Assembly: GCA_026770705.1 (NCBI GenBank)
Contig: JANJGN010000036.1
Coordinates: 2,356,001-2,420,000 of the forward strand
Reading direction: 5' to 3'
DNA: 64,000 nucleotides
DNA from: Isurus oxyrinchus
Lineage: Eukaryota
Part shown: in pieces, positions 1-12,739 of the stretch
Layout of the letters: every line of letters begins with the position of its first letter
How positions within the stretch are numbered: position 1 is the stretch's first letter
Position numbers and translations under genes: made by a program
The notes under the pieces: generated by a model
What the model was told of the DNA's origin: nothing
Seen by the model: only the letters and a program-made list of their open reading frames with translations
Database searches by the model: none

Positions 1-659
1 TTCTTTGCACTGTATATTTTGTTTCAGATTTCCAGAATCCATAGTGATTTGTTTCCATTGTTGGGAGCATGCTTCCTTGTAGAACTTAGCTCAGTTCCGT
101 TCCCGAACGGGAGCCAAACCCCTGCCTCCAGCGACAATTTATTGCCGGGAGTGTTTGTGACTGTAGATTGAGACTTAGGGTGTGTCAGGAAACTGAATAG
201 AAATCCTGATCCGAATGAGCATGTATTAGTGGGAGTACTGATCATGGTGAAATTGTACTGAGGTAGGGTTGCTAACAGCACTGGACGAAACTGACCCCTG
301 TGATGATTTGGCACTGGGAATATTTGTCGTTCTCGCATTGAACTAAGTGTGTGTCTCAAAGGACATGAAGCAAGTTAGTTACATGTTAAATCATTGTTTC
401 AGGAAACTGAACGCCCTGGATATACTTTTGTATTTAGTTATCGATTAGAAAGAGGAAGGTTTTCACTGTTGGTTAATATTTGGTAATAAGTTCATCAATT
501 GTAATTTTTTGATGCTGTTCTGTCCCTCAATCAAATGCACTTTTAACTTTTGACTAACTGGTAAGCAGAAGAACAATGCTACTCTATTTAGACCCTCTAA
601 AATTATGAATTGTTGCACAGTAATTCTAAAGACTGTTGTTGTTTTGGTGCTTATACATC

Positions 660-1150
660 AGGCCACTAACTTAAAACCCTATGTGTTAGAAAGATCCAGT
701 CTCCCGACATTCTAGGTAAAGACGTTTCTCTGGAGTTCACTCTTGTATTCAATAGAGGCTCTCCTACATTAATTAACTGCACATTCCATCTTTCTACCAA
801 AGGGTAGTATTGTCCTCATATTTTCCCTCTCAATCCCCTTGACATTTTAAAGTTCTCCATTTGATTATTCCTCAGTTGCCTGTTTTCTAGAGATTAGAGT
901 CACAGCCAGTTACTCGTCCTAACAGTTATCATCTCTCGGATATGACACTTTTCCTGAGAATAATATTTGCACGTCTGTAAAGTTTCGATCTCGATTTCGT
1001 AATATGAAGGCCAGAAATATAGACAGGACCCTTAACATAGTGTAGTTCGAGTTCCATAAATGAATAAATATACTCTTTCCAATTGTATTCTTCTTTGCCT
1101 ATTAAAAAACCCCAGTTCTTTGATCGCATCTTCACCGTGTTGTTAGACAT
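660..1150 (-). mobile_element. Highly decayed CR1-like LINE 3' remnant
   Basis: Minus strand encodes LEKRQLRNNQMENFKMSRG-like residues resembling the CR1 ORF2 C-terminal motif (LEKRRLRGDLIEVFKI); heavily degraded. Confidence 0.4.
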
Positions 1151-1788
1151 CATTTCTGTCTTGAATCACTTGTGACTCTCTTCCCCTCAAAACCTGTTCT
1201 CCATTGTTTAGTTTATGATTTGTTTGCCTCATTTTACCTGAAATGTCTTCAAATTTGTATTATTCATTCTTTCAACTCTTATCTGAGAGGCAATTGCTCC
1301 CTTTCAGGTTTCCCTTCGTTTTCTGCATCTGAATCCTCAACAACTGTTCATTATTCTTCAATTGGCCAAAGAGGCTTCTTGCCTTAGAATTTGAAGTTGC
1401 TCCCTGGATGCCCATTGATATTTAGATGCATGCCAGTCCGCCCTCTCTGCACCCAAGGCAAGAAGCTGCCCTTAAGCTGCCATATGGCTGGATCTTTCCT
1501 GGACTACAACCAAACAGTCTTTCCCAACCAGTTTCCCTCGACCATCTCTCATGCTTCCCTTTTAAGGGTCCCATTTGAAATGTATTATTTTGTTTTGGTT
1601 CATCTACAACCCACTTTGGAAACCCTTCCCACATTACTGGCTATGCATTGCTGAGGTTTCCTGCTTCAACCTTTGTTTTTCCTTATCACTCCCACTCCCT
1701 TCTTAACCAGACTCAACCATGTCCATAACAAAAACAGAATTACCTGGAAAAACTCAGCAGGTCTGGCAGCATCGGCGGAGAAGAAAAG

Positions 1789-1827
1789 AGTTGACGTTTC
1801 GAGTCCTCATGACCCTTCGACAGAACT
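1789..1827 (-). ncRNA. Minimal type I hammerhead-ribozyme-like motif in Penelope pLTR
   Basis: AGTT-CTGTCGA-A-GGGTC(ATGAG)GACTC-GAAAC-GTC-AACT: stem I AGTT/AACT, stem II GGGTC/GACTC, loopless palindromic stem III, GUC cleavage triplet. Core is CUGUCGA rather than CUGANGA. Confidence 0.7.
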
Positions 1828-2201
1828 TGATTTCGAGTCCAAGAAAGAGTTGAAATATAAGCTGGTTTAAGGTGTGTGTGTGGGGCGGAGAGATAGGGAG
1901 AGAGAGAGGTGGTTGTGTAGACAAACAAGCAGTGATAGAAGCAGATCATCAAAAGATGTCAGCGACAATGGTACAAAAGAACACATAGGTGTTACTGTTA
2001 AAGTTGGTGGTATTATCTAAACGAATGTGCTAATTAAGAATGGATGGTAGGGCACTCAAGGTACAGCTCTAGTGGTGGTGGGGGAGCATAAAAGATTTTA
2101 AAATATTTAAAAATAATGGAAATAGGTGGGAAAAGAAAAATCTATATAATTTATAGGGAAAAAGGGGGAAACAGAAAGGGGGTGGGGATGGGGGAGGGAG
2201 C

Positions 2202-4608
2202 TCACGACCTAAAGTTGTTGAATTCAATATTCAGTCCAGAAGGCTGTAAAGTGCCTAGTCGGAAGATGAGGTGTTGTTCCTCCAGTTTGCGTTGGGCTTC
2301 ACTGGAACAATGCAGCAAGCCAAGGACAGACATGTGGGCAAGACAGCAGGGTGGAGTGTTAAAATGGCAAGCGACAGGGAGGTTTGGATCATTCTTGCGG
2401 ACAGACCGCAGGTGTTCTGCAAAGCGGTCACCCAGTTTACGTTTGGTCTCTCCAATGTAGAGGAGACCACATTGGGAGCAACGAATGCAGTAGACTAAGT
2501 TGGGGGAAATGCAAGTGAAATGCTGCTTCACTTGAAAGGAATGTTTGGGCCCTTGGACGGTGAGGAGAGAGGAAGTGAAGGGGCAGGTGTTACATCTTTT
2601 GCGTGGGCATGGGTTGGTGCCATAGGAGGGGGTTGAGGAGTAGGGGGTGATGCAGGAGTGGACCAGGGTGCCCGGAGGGAGCGATGCCTACGGAATGCCG
2701 ATAAGGGGGGTGAAGGGAAGATGTGTTTGGTGGTGGCATCATGCTGGAGTTGGCGGAAATGGCGGAGGATGATCCTTTGAATGCGGAGGCTGGTGGGGAG
2801 ATAAGTGAGGACAAGGGGTACCCTATCATGTTTCTGGGAGGGAGGAGGAGGCGTGAGGGCGGATGCGCGGGAGATGGGCCGGACACGGTTGAGGGCCCTG
2901 TCAACGACCGTGGGTGGAAAACCTTGGTTAAGGAAGAAGGAGGACATGTCAGAGGAACCGTTTTTGAAGGTAGCATCATCGGAACAGATGCGACGAAGGC
3001 GAAGGAACTAGGAGAATGGGATGGAGTCCTTACAGGAAGCGGGGTGTGAGGAGCTGTAGTCGAGGTAGCTGTGGGAGTCGGTGGGTTTGTAATGGATATT
3101 GGTGGACAGTCTATCACCAGAGATTGAGACAGAGAGGTCAAGGAAGGGAAGGGAAGTGTCAGAGATGGACCACGTGAAAATGATGGAGGGGTGGAGATTG
3201 GAAGCAAAATTAATACATTTTTCCAAGTCCCGACGAGAGCATGAAGCGGCACCGAAGTAATCATCGATGTACCGGAGAAAACGTTGTGGAAGGGGGCCAG
3301 AGTAGGACTGCAACAAGGAATGTTCCACATACCCCATAAAGAGACAGGCATAGCTGGGGCCCATGCGGGTACCCATAGCCACACCTTTTATTTGGAGAAA
3401 GTGAGAGGAGTTGAAGGAGAAATTGTTCAACGTGAGAACAAGTTCAGCCAGACGGAGGAGAGTAGTGGTGGATGGGGATTGTTCGGGCCTCTGTTCGAGG
3501 AAGAAGCTAAGGGCCCTCAGACCATCCTGGTAGGGGATGGAGGTGTAGAGGGATTGGACGTCCATGGTGAAGAGGAAGCGGTTGGAGCCAGGGAACTGGA
3601 AATTGTTGATGTGATGTAAGGTGTCAGAGGAATCACGGATGTAGGTGGGAAGGGACTGGACATGGGGAGAGAGAAGGGAGTCAAGATAACGAGAGATGAG
3701 TTCTGTGGGGCAGGAGCAAGCTGAGATGATCGGTCTACCGGGGCAGTTCTGTTTGTGGATTTTGGGTAGGAGATAGAAGCGGGCCGTCCGAGGTTGGGCG
3801 ACTATCAGGTTGGAAGCTGTGGGAGGGAGATCCCCAGAGGAGATGAGGTCAGTGACAGTCCTGGAAACAATGGCTTGATGTTCAGTGGTGGGGTCATGGT
3901 CCAGGGAGAGGTAGGAGGAAGTGTCTGCGAGTTGACGCTCAGCCTCAGCGAGGTAGAGGTCAGTGCGCCAGACAACAACAGTACCACCCTTGTCAGCGGG
4001 TTTGATGACAATGTCAGGGTTGGACCTGAGAGAATGGAGTGCAGTAAGTTCAGAGAGAGACAGGTTAGTATGGGTGAGAGGAGCAGAGAAATTGAGACGA
4101 CTAATGTCACGCCGACAGTTCTCAATGAAAAGATCAAGAGAAGGTAAGAATCCAGAGGGAGGGGTCCAGGTGGAGGGAGAATATTGGAGATGGGTAAAAG
4201 GATCCGTTGAACTGGGAGAGGACTCCTGCCCGAAGAAGTGAGCCCGGAGACGAAGACGGCGAAAGAAGTGTTCAGTATCATGCCGAGCCCGAAATTCATG
4301 GCACTGAGTGTGGGTTTCAGAAAGTGACCGGAACAGCAGTCTGAGAAACGTTTTATGTCCCGGAGATACCGGTAATCCTGGGTGGGTTCGAAAGATGAGG
4401 GGTGGAATTTCAGTTGAAATCCACGTGGGGTAAGTCGGAGACGGAGACAGTCACTGAGAAAGGAGATATGGCTGTGAAAGCGGGTTTTAGTAAACACCTT
4501 GTCAAACACCAGGAGGGAAATGGAAAGCAAAGAAGGTGAACAAGGCAACAGAGAGATACGGAAATCTTGTCGCAGAGAGGAACAGAACTTCTTCAAGGAG
4601 GTAGGCAT
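2202..4608 (-). pseudogene. Penelope-like RT / GIY-YIG endonuclease ORF, disrupted (left arm)
   Basis: Starts MPTSLKK (ATG 4608). RT motifs DVQSLYT, GVAMGTRMGPSYA, RYIDD; endonuclease LVYCIRC..LYIGETKR. Broken by an internal deletion at ~4298, a stop at 3008-3010 and a 1-bp deletion at ~2671. Confidence 0.92.
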
Positions 4609-4744
4609 TTCTTGAAGAGCAGTGGCAGTCAATTAAACACAGAGATAAAAACAAAACAAAACTGCGGATGCTGGAAATCCAAAACAAAAACAGAATTACC
4701 TGGAAAAACTCAGCAGGTCTGGCAGCATCGGCGGAGAAGAAAAG

Positions 4745-4783
4745 AGTTCACGTTTCGAGTCCTCATGACCCTTCGACAGAACT
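4745..4783 (-). ncRNA. Hammerhead-like motif (GUG at cleavage site; likely inactive)
   Basis: Same motif as 1789-1827 but reads GAAACGTGAACT. Confidence 0.55.
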
Positions 4784-4899
4784 TGATTTCGAGTCCAAGA
4801 AAGAGTTGAAATATAAGCTGGTTTAGGGTGTGTGTGTGGGGCGGAGAGATAGGGAGAGAGATAGGTGGTTGTGTAAACAAACAAGCAGTGATAGAAGCA

Positions 4900-7082
4900 T
4901 ACCCCCTGACCTTCCCCTCTCCGATGCTGAACGTTCAGTGCTCAGCAAAGGACTTAGTTTCATACCCTTACGCCCTCACCTCAATGAATTTTGGGCTCAG
5001 CATGATACTGAACTCTTCTTTCACCGTCTTCGTCTCCGGGCTCACTTCTTTGGGCAGGAGTCCTCTCCCAGTTCAACGGATCCTTTTACCCATCTCCAAT
5101 ATTCTCCCTCCACCTGGACCCCTCCCTCTGGATTCTTACCTTCTCTTGATCTTTTCATTGAGAACTGTCGGCGCGACATTAGTCGTCTCAATTTCTCTGC
5201 TCCTCTCACCCATACTAACCTGTCTCTCTCTGAACTTACTGCACTCCATTCTCTCAGGTCCAACCCTGACATTGTCATCAAACCCGCTGACAAGGGTGGT
5301 ACTGTTGTTGTCTGACGCACTGACCTCTACCTCGCTGAGGCTGAGCGTCAACTCGCAGACACTTCCTCCTACCTCTCCCTGGACCATGACCCCACCACTG
5401 AACATCAAGCCATTGTTTCCAGGACTGTCACTGACCTCATCTCCTCTGGGGATCTCCCTCCCACAGCTTCCAACCTGATAGTCGCCCAACCTCGGACGGC
5501 CCGCTTCTATCTCCTACCCAAAATCCACAAACAGAACTGCCCCGGTAGACCGATCGTCTCAGCTTGCTCCTGCCCCACAGAACTCATCTCTCGTTATCTT
5601 GACTCCCTTCTCTCTCCCCTTGTCCAGTCCCTTCCCACCTACATCCGTGATTCCTCTGACACCTTACGTCACATCAACAATTTCCAGTTCCCTGGCTCCA
5701 ACCGCTTCCTCTTCACCATGGACGTCCAATCCCTCTACACCTCCATCCCCCACCAGGATGGTCTGAGGGCCCATAGCTTCTTCCTCGAACAGAGGCCCGA
5801 ACAATCCCCATCCACCACTACTCTCCTCCGTCTGGCTGAACTTGTTCTCACGTTGAACAATTTCTCCTTCAACTCCTCTCACTTTCTCCAAATAAAAGGT
5901 GTGGCTATGGGTACCCGCATGGGCCCCAGCTATGCCTGTCTCTTTATGGGGTATGTGGAACATTCCTTGTTGCAGTCCTACTCCGGCCCCCTTCCACAAC
6001 TTTTTCTCCGGTACATCAATGATTACTTCGGTGCCGCTTCATGCTCTCGTCGGGACTTGGAAAAATGTATTAATTTTGCTTCCAATCTCCACCCCTCCAT
6101 CATTTTCACGTGGTCCATCTCTGACACTTCCCTTCCCTTCCTTGACCTCTCTGTCTCAATCTCTGGTGATAGACTGTCCACCAATATCCATTACAAACCC
6201 ACCGACTCCCACAGCTACCTCGACTACAGCTCCTCACACCCCGCTTCCTGTAAGGACTCCATCCCATTCTCCCAGTTCCTTCGCCTTCGTCGCATCTGTT
6301 CCGATGATGCTACCTTCAAAAACGGTTCCTCTGACATGTCCTCCTTCTTCCTTAACCGAGGTTTTCCACCCACGGTCGTTGACAGGGCCCTCAACCGTGT
6401 CCGGCCCATCTCCCGCGCATCCGCCCTCACGTCTCCTCCTCCCTCCCAGAAACATGATAGGGTCCCCCTTGTCCTCACTTATCACCCCACCAGCCTCCGC
6501 ATTCAAAGGATCATCCTCCGCCATTTCCGCCAACTCCAGCATGATGCCACCACCAAACACATCTTCCCTTCACCCCCCTTATCGGCATTCCGTAGCGATT
6601 GCTCCCTCCGGGACACCCTGGTCCACTCCTCCATCACCCCCTACTTCTCAACCCCCTCCTATGGCACCACCCTATGCCCACGCAAAAGATGTAACACCTG
6701 CCCCTTCACTTCCTCTCTCCTCACCGTCCAAGGGCCCAAACATTCCTTTCAAGTGAAGCAGCATTTCATTTGCATTTCCCCCAACTTAGTCTACTGCATT
6801 CGTTGCTCCCAATGTGGTCTCCTCTACATTGGAGAGACCAAACGTAAACTGGGCGACCGCTTTGCAGAACACCTGCGGTCTGTCCGCAAGAATGATCCAA
6901 ACCTCCCTGTCGCTTGCTATTTTAACACTCCACCCTGCTCTCTTGCCCACATGTCTGTCCTTGGCTTGCTGCATTGTTCCAGTGAAGCCCAACGTAAACT
7001 GGAGGAACAACACCTCATCTTCCGACTAGGCACTCTACAGCCTTCCGGACTGAATATTGAGTTCAACAACTTTAGGTCGTGA
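4900..7082 (+). pseudogene. Penelope-like RT / GIY-YIG endonuclease ORF, 5'-truncated (right arm)
   Basis: KPADKGG, PKIHK..PGRPIVS, DVQSLYT, GVAMG motifs; CPRKRCNTC Zn-linker (Neptune-type); VYCIRC..YIGET. Has a TGG>TGA stop at 5313-5315 and catalytic YIDD mutated to YIND (~6012-6023). Confidence 0.92.
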
Positions 7083-7472
7083 GCTCCCTCCCCCATCCCC
7101 ACCCCCTTTCTGTTTCCTCCTTTTTCCCTTTTTTTTCCCTATAAATTATATAGATTTTTCTTTTCCCACCTATTTCCATTATTTTTAAATATTTTAAAAT
7201 CTTTTATGCTCCCCCCACCCCCACTAGAGCTGTACCTTGAGTGCCCTACCATCCATTCTTAATTAGCACATTCGTTTAGATAATATCACCAACTTTAACT
7301 GTAACACCTATGTGTTCTTTTGTACCATTGTCGCTGACATCTTTTGATGATCTGCTTCTATCACTGCTTGTTTGTCTACACAACCACCTCTCTCTCTCCC
7401 TATCTCTCCGCCCCCCCCACACACACAACTTAAACCAGCTTATATTTCAACTCTTTCTTGGACTCGAAATCA

Positions 7473-7511
7473 AGTTTTGTCGAAGGGTCATGAGGACTCG
7501 AAACGTGAACT
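7473..7511 (+). ncRNA. Hammerhead-like motif, degenerate (TTGTCGA core, GUG site)
   Basis: AGTTTTGTCGAAGGGTCATGAGGACTCGAAACGTGAACT. Confidence 0.5.
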
Positions 7512-8489
7512 CTTTTCTTCTCCGCCGATGCTGCCAGACCTGCTGAGTTTTTCCAGGTAATTCTGTTTTTGTTTTTGATTTCCAGCATCCGCAGTTTTGT
7601 TTTGTTTTTATCAACCATGTCCATTCTATTTCCAACATTGTTGCCCTCGCAGTCAAAACCTGCAGAGGGAGCACTTGTCCAGAGAGATTTCTTTTCCACT
7701 CTGTCTTGTGTTCACATCTTCTCTCGCTGTCAATAGAAGTTCTTGCAGATCTTTCCACACAATCAAATGATTCATTCCTCAGAAAGAGGGAGAGAGAGAG
7801 AGAAAATAAATTGGCTACAAAATATCAAAAGATTCAGATGAAATTTGAATCAGCAAGATTCAGCAATCTGCATAACAAGAGCCAAAGCTCCATTTGTAAT
7901 TTCCATACATAATCTCCCTGTACCTGCCAAATATCAGCAAATATCATCTCCCAATCTACATGTACGTTCATATAAACCTAATATTCCCTCAAATAAATTA
8001 TGTTCAATCACGAAATATTATTGTCCATCTCTCAACGGGCATTCATTTCAAAGGCTTCCACCATCAGTCAAACTCATTTGAATCCCTAAATATTTCTTGT
8101 CCTTCTCTCAAAGTTAATCGAAAACTCTTCTGTTACTTCGTAAACGCTTGCAATTCCCTAAATATCCTTGTGCTTCTTCCTCTCTCTACCTGCACCTGCC
8201 ATTAAAGACTCTGAGATAATTGCGTTATTCTAATTCCCTCCTCCTGCGCACCCCTTGCCTTAATTGTTCCAAGGTTACTCCCGTGCCTTTAGCTGCTTTA
8301 ACACTAAGCTCTAGAATTAGTTTCCCGAACATCTCTTCATCCCTAAATCTCTTTTTTGTTCTAAACTGTCCCTTTAATTCTGAGTTTTATCAAGTTTCCA
8401 GTCACCTGACCTTATATCAACTTGTGTAGTTCAATGTTAAGCGTTCAATAACATTCTGCAAGAAATAATGTTTTTGCAAAGCGCCTAGG

Positions 8490-8620
8490 AACATTTGAAC
8501 AGGTGAAGGCCATTCAGCCCATCGAGCATGCACCACCAATCAAAGCTATCATAGCCGATCTAACACTTCAATGCCGTTTACCCACACCATCTCCATAGCT
8601 CTTTACATTATGGTTAATCA
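8490..8620 (-). mobile_element. CR1-like LINE/SINE 3' tail fragment
   Basis: GGCCATTCAGCCCATCGAGC is the reverse complement of the CR1-type 3' end also seen at ~30400 and ~27220. Confidence 0.5.
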
Positions 8621-8789
8621 TAAATCTATCAATCTGAGGGTTTTTTGCTGCTTTAAACACATTTTACAAATGTAAACTATTGTTACCCTGGTCAAATAAA
8701 TTCTAAAAGTACTGGCACAATATGGAATGCATACAGACTGAACTCAATCTATGGTGTACCATCAATTCTCCTCATGGCAGGAACGGAAT

Positions 8790-10470
8790 TAGTTACATCA
8801 AGATTAAAGCTCCCTTTGCAACTCCCAGTCAAATGGCCCAGGGAAAGAGTGTAGCGTAAATGCAGATATGTGCACCCTCAATTATAACCAATGAAAGAGT
8901 TCTATGAAATGTAAAAGTGCATGTGTTAACTGCAGAGTTTAGTTCCTTGTACACGGTCACCTCAAAGTATTCCAATTAGATACAGCACTGTTAAAACACA
9001 GAGAACCCGCTCCACGCTCTCCTATTTAACACTAAATCTCAAAATGTACAATGCAGGTTAGATGCATATTAATCATTCTTCTAAAATCTAAGATCGTAAA
9101 GCATAACATAAGTATAGATTAATCTTCCCCAGAAATGTCACATCAACCATGATCCGAGCAAGGGTTCAATTCTGATTTAAACTCCATTTGCATCATCCCA
9201 TCAAATTATGCAAGAACAGGTGAAGCACAGGTTAGATACAGAGTAAAACTGCCTCTATACACTGCTCCACTAAACACTCCTCTGGAAGGAACAACAGGGG
9301 TTGGATACAGAGTATATTCCCTCAATACACTGTTCAATAAAGCACCCCATGGACATTTAGCAGGGGTTAGACATAGCTTAGGTACAGAGGCATGTCTGTC
9401 CCTTCAAATGCTGCCAGGAATGGTGCAGAACTGGATAGGTGCAGCGTAATATTCCCTCTACACTGGATGACAATTACAAGGGCAAGTAAAACATGGCTTT
9501 GATGCAGTGCACAGTTCACTTTTAAATGTCACAACATCAAATCATGGACAGGTATAGCTTGATGATAAATTGCTTACAAGAACTTCAGCACTTCCCCATT
9601 ACATTTATGACATGTACAGCTGGGTACACATAGAAGTATAATGCCTCATTTACACTATCTCTGAAACATCTCAGGGCAGGTGCAGCACCACGTAGGCACA
9701 CAGTAACGTTGTCTCTATTTTGTCCCATCAAACACCCAGTTCAGTTACAGAACAGTTTAGATGCAAAGTAAATTTCCCTGGATGCTCTAAGATCAGCTTC
9801 ATGGAAAATCAAGCAGCTATTGGAAAGAGAATAAATCTCCTGCTGTACCGTCCCAACAAACAAAACCAAGGCGTGCTGATCTAACACAGATGGATAAAGA
9901 ATAAAACTCACTCAACAATGTCACGTAAAACACTTCCAGGACAGGCACAGCAAGTGGTTAGATACAGACTGAATCTCCTTCAACACTGCCCACATCACCT
10001 CCCCCAGGACAGCTGCAGCACAGGGTTAGATACAGAGTAAAACTCCCCCTGCGCTGTCCCCATCAAACACTCCCAGGGCAGGTATAGATCGGGGTTAGAA
10101 ACAAAGTAAATCTCCCTCTACACTGTCCACATCAAACTCTCCGAGGGCATGTAAAGCACAGGGCTAGATACAGAGTAATTCTTCCTCTACATTGCCCCCT
10201 TCAAACACTAGTAGGGTAGATACAGCATGGGGTTAGATGCAGAGCAAAGATCCCTCTACACTGCCCCATCAAATACTCCCGAGCGGGTACAGTAGCGGTT
10301 AGATACAGAGTACATCCTCATCGACAATGCCCCATCGAACATCGATATGCTCGGGACCGAATGGGTCGGATATACAGACAAGCTTCCTCTACTCTGTCCC
10401 ATGAAAAATGCCAGGACAATTACAGCACGCTTGAGACATAGAATAAAGCAACCTCCATATTGTCCCACCA
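8790..10470 (-). repeat. Degenerate 69-bp satellite array (reverse orientation)
   Basis: Recurring GGTTAGATACAGAGTAAA..CCCTCTACACTGTCCCCATCAAACACTCCCAGG units, better conserved towards 10400. Confidence 0.8.
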
Positions 10471-10746
10471 ACATTCACATGAATGGTCAAGAAGAGTTTC
10501 AATGTAGGTTAAAACTCATTCTCTAATGCCACATCAAGCGATCCTCGATGAAGTACCACTCCACGGTCAGCACTGCCTGGTTCCGCGCTCCAGTCCAGTA
10601 AGGAGATCTTTGTAACAAGCTGTTTCACCAAATATGTCCAATCTTAGACCCAGGGGATGTGTCCAGTCTCTGCTAATCAAAAGAAGTGCTCATGACGGAG
10701 TCCTATTGCCCAAAGCGAGATCTTTGCCTGAGATAATTCCAATGTG

Positions 10747-10951
10747 AAACAAAACCAGAATTACCTGGAAAAACTCAGTAGGTCTGGCAGCATCGGCGGA
10801 GAAGAAAAGAGTTGACGTTTCGAGTCCTCATGACCCTTCGACAGAACTTGAGTGAGTCCAAGAAAGGGGTGAAATATCAGCTGGTTTAAGGTGTGTGGGG
10901 TGGGGGGAGAGAGAGTGAAGTGGAGGGGGTTTGTGTGGTTGAAGGGACAAA
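10747..10951 (-). mobile_element. Penelope-like pLTR fragment with hammerhead motif (10810-10848)
   Basis: Matches 1727-1930; flanked by the 7-bp direct repeat CAATGTG (10740-10746, 10952-10958). Confidence 0.88.
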
Positions 10952-12739
10952 CAATGTGGTTGGATGACTGTGTTTAGTGGTCTCGAGTGCGTCTGGAACC
11001 ACTTCTGCTTCTGCTATTTCATACGAAGTGATGCAAAGACACTTGCTATCTCTCCAAAACTGTCCTCAGCTCTTTTCAACTCCTGCAATTCTGAGGTATG
11101 GAACTCGCAACCGACCAATGAAAAACAGTAAACTGGGTAATAATAGAATTTGTCAGCCTTATTAATATATTTTATATGCCATATCGCCTCCTGCATGCGG
11201 TCCCCTACTTGTCCACTCTCCCTACTGTGTAAAACATTGAAGTGAGGCAGCTGGAGGCGGTTTGAAGATGCTTTTGAGATTCCTACTGGGCATTGCACAG
11301 AGGGACAATGGCTTGAGTGGGGATGGGGTGGGGGTGGAGATCTGGGGATATTATTATGCAGCACTGTCAGTCTGGTCTCTGTAACACAACGCCTCAGAGA
11401 ATGCTTGATATGAAATAAGAATTGTAAATCTAGCCAATGTATAAATGTATTGATGACCCTCAGAGTGCCACACACTAAATTGAAAGAGAGTGAACTGTAT
11501 TGCACTTTATGTCAACGTGGGAGCCATGTAATGCACCCTCACAGATTGCCTAAATAAAGTGGATTCTTTGGAAAGCTAGTTGCAGTTCCCCGCCTTCTCG
11601 TNNNNNNNNNNNNNNNNNNNNNNNNNNNNNNNNNNNNNNNNNNNNNNNNNNNNNNNNNNNNNNNNNNNNNNNNNNNNNNNNNNNNNNNNNNNNNNNNNNN
11701 NNNNNNNNNNNNNNNNNNNNNNNNNNNNNNNNNNNNNNNNNNNNNNACAGGGTCCTCGGGGATGAGCCTGGGCAGAAACCAATGCAGCTCGATCCCGGGC
11801 AGCTTGGTAAATGTACATCGCAGCATTTCACCTGTCCTGTTCCTCCATCTGATCACAGGGCATCTGCACTTTAATTCTTCCCCCCTCCCCCGTCCCCACC
11901 TCCTTGTGTCCAATGTTTTCAGTATCTAAACTCCTGCCAGCACTGATCTCAGATCCCTGTCCTGAAACATGAAGCCAGTTGCAATCTCATTGGCACCGGT
12001 ACAGTTTGAACTAAAAAGAGCTGCACTCACTCAGCATGTCCAATGGACACAAGAGGCTGTCCAATGGACACAAGAGGCTGTCTGGTCATTGGAAATATAA
12101 TCAGTAACAAACACTATTGGAAGAAAATGATGAAGTTTGAACCTTATGGAATGTAATATAATCTTTACCTGGTTTAACCCAGTGGGAACAAGTTGTGGAA
12201 GGAATGTTCCTGAGCTGCTCTCTGCTGAATTTAAAGTTGCATCTCTCTCAACTCCATTGTTCGTGGGGTGTGAGGCTGGTGTGGAGGGCAGACTGGGGGA
12301 AGGGAGAAACAGACAGAGAGATTGCCCTGGGCTAAACCATTTGCCTGGTGGTTTTCACCCCTCCCAGTCACACAGAGATTCCTGTTGGGCTGTTCCCCAC
12401 CTTGGGTAGGGGTGTCTCAGGTGTAGAGAGCTGTAAACTGGTTGGATGGGGTAGATTTGGGCGGTGTGGTGTGCTTGAGAGACAGATATGGGGATATAAA
12501 ACGCCTGGAGCATCCATTGTTTGTTCTTGGGTAAGTAACATTGTCTGAGGTGAGATTTGTATATCTGTCTGTCTGTCTGTCTGTTGCCTGAACCAAGTCC
12601 CAGCTCTGGTCTTTTAAACTCCCCACCCAGCCCAAACCCCCAGGCCCAGGGTCTCTCTCTGCACCAAGGGAGGAGATGGGAGGAGTGTGGGCCCATCAAA
12701 GGATGTCAGAACCTATATATTGGTGAGTATGAAATGCTT

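Larger units (their letters stand above)
1727..7610. mobile_element. Composite inverted (head-to-head) Penelope-like retroelement insertion, Neptune-type
   Basis: Two oppositely oriented RT+GIY-YIG copies and three pseudo-LTR (pLTR) copies (near 1727, 4650-4899, and ending 7610). The whole unit is flanked by the 14-bp direct repeat TCAACCATGTCCAT (1713-1726 and 7611-7624). Confidence 0.93.

Noticed and set aside
2590-6756. Alternative-frame and antisense ORFs overlapping the Penelope arms
   Set aside because: Shadow frames of the C-rich RT ORF, duplicated only because the element is duplicated.
10500-11160. Possible exon around the 10747 insertion ending AG|GTATGG
   Set aside because: Rejoined frames contain stops and no recognisable domain.
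11602-11746. N-run in apparently non-repetitive context (others at 28232 and 57895 lie in microsatellites)
   Set aside because: Content is unreadable, so no claim can be supported.
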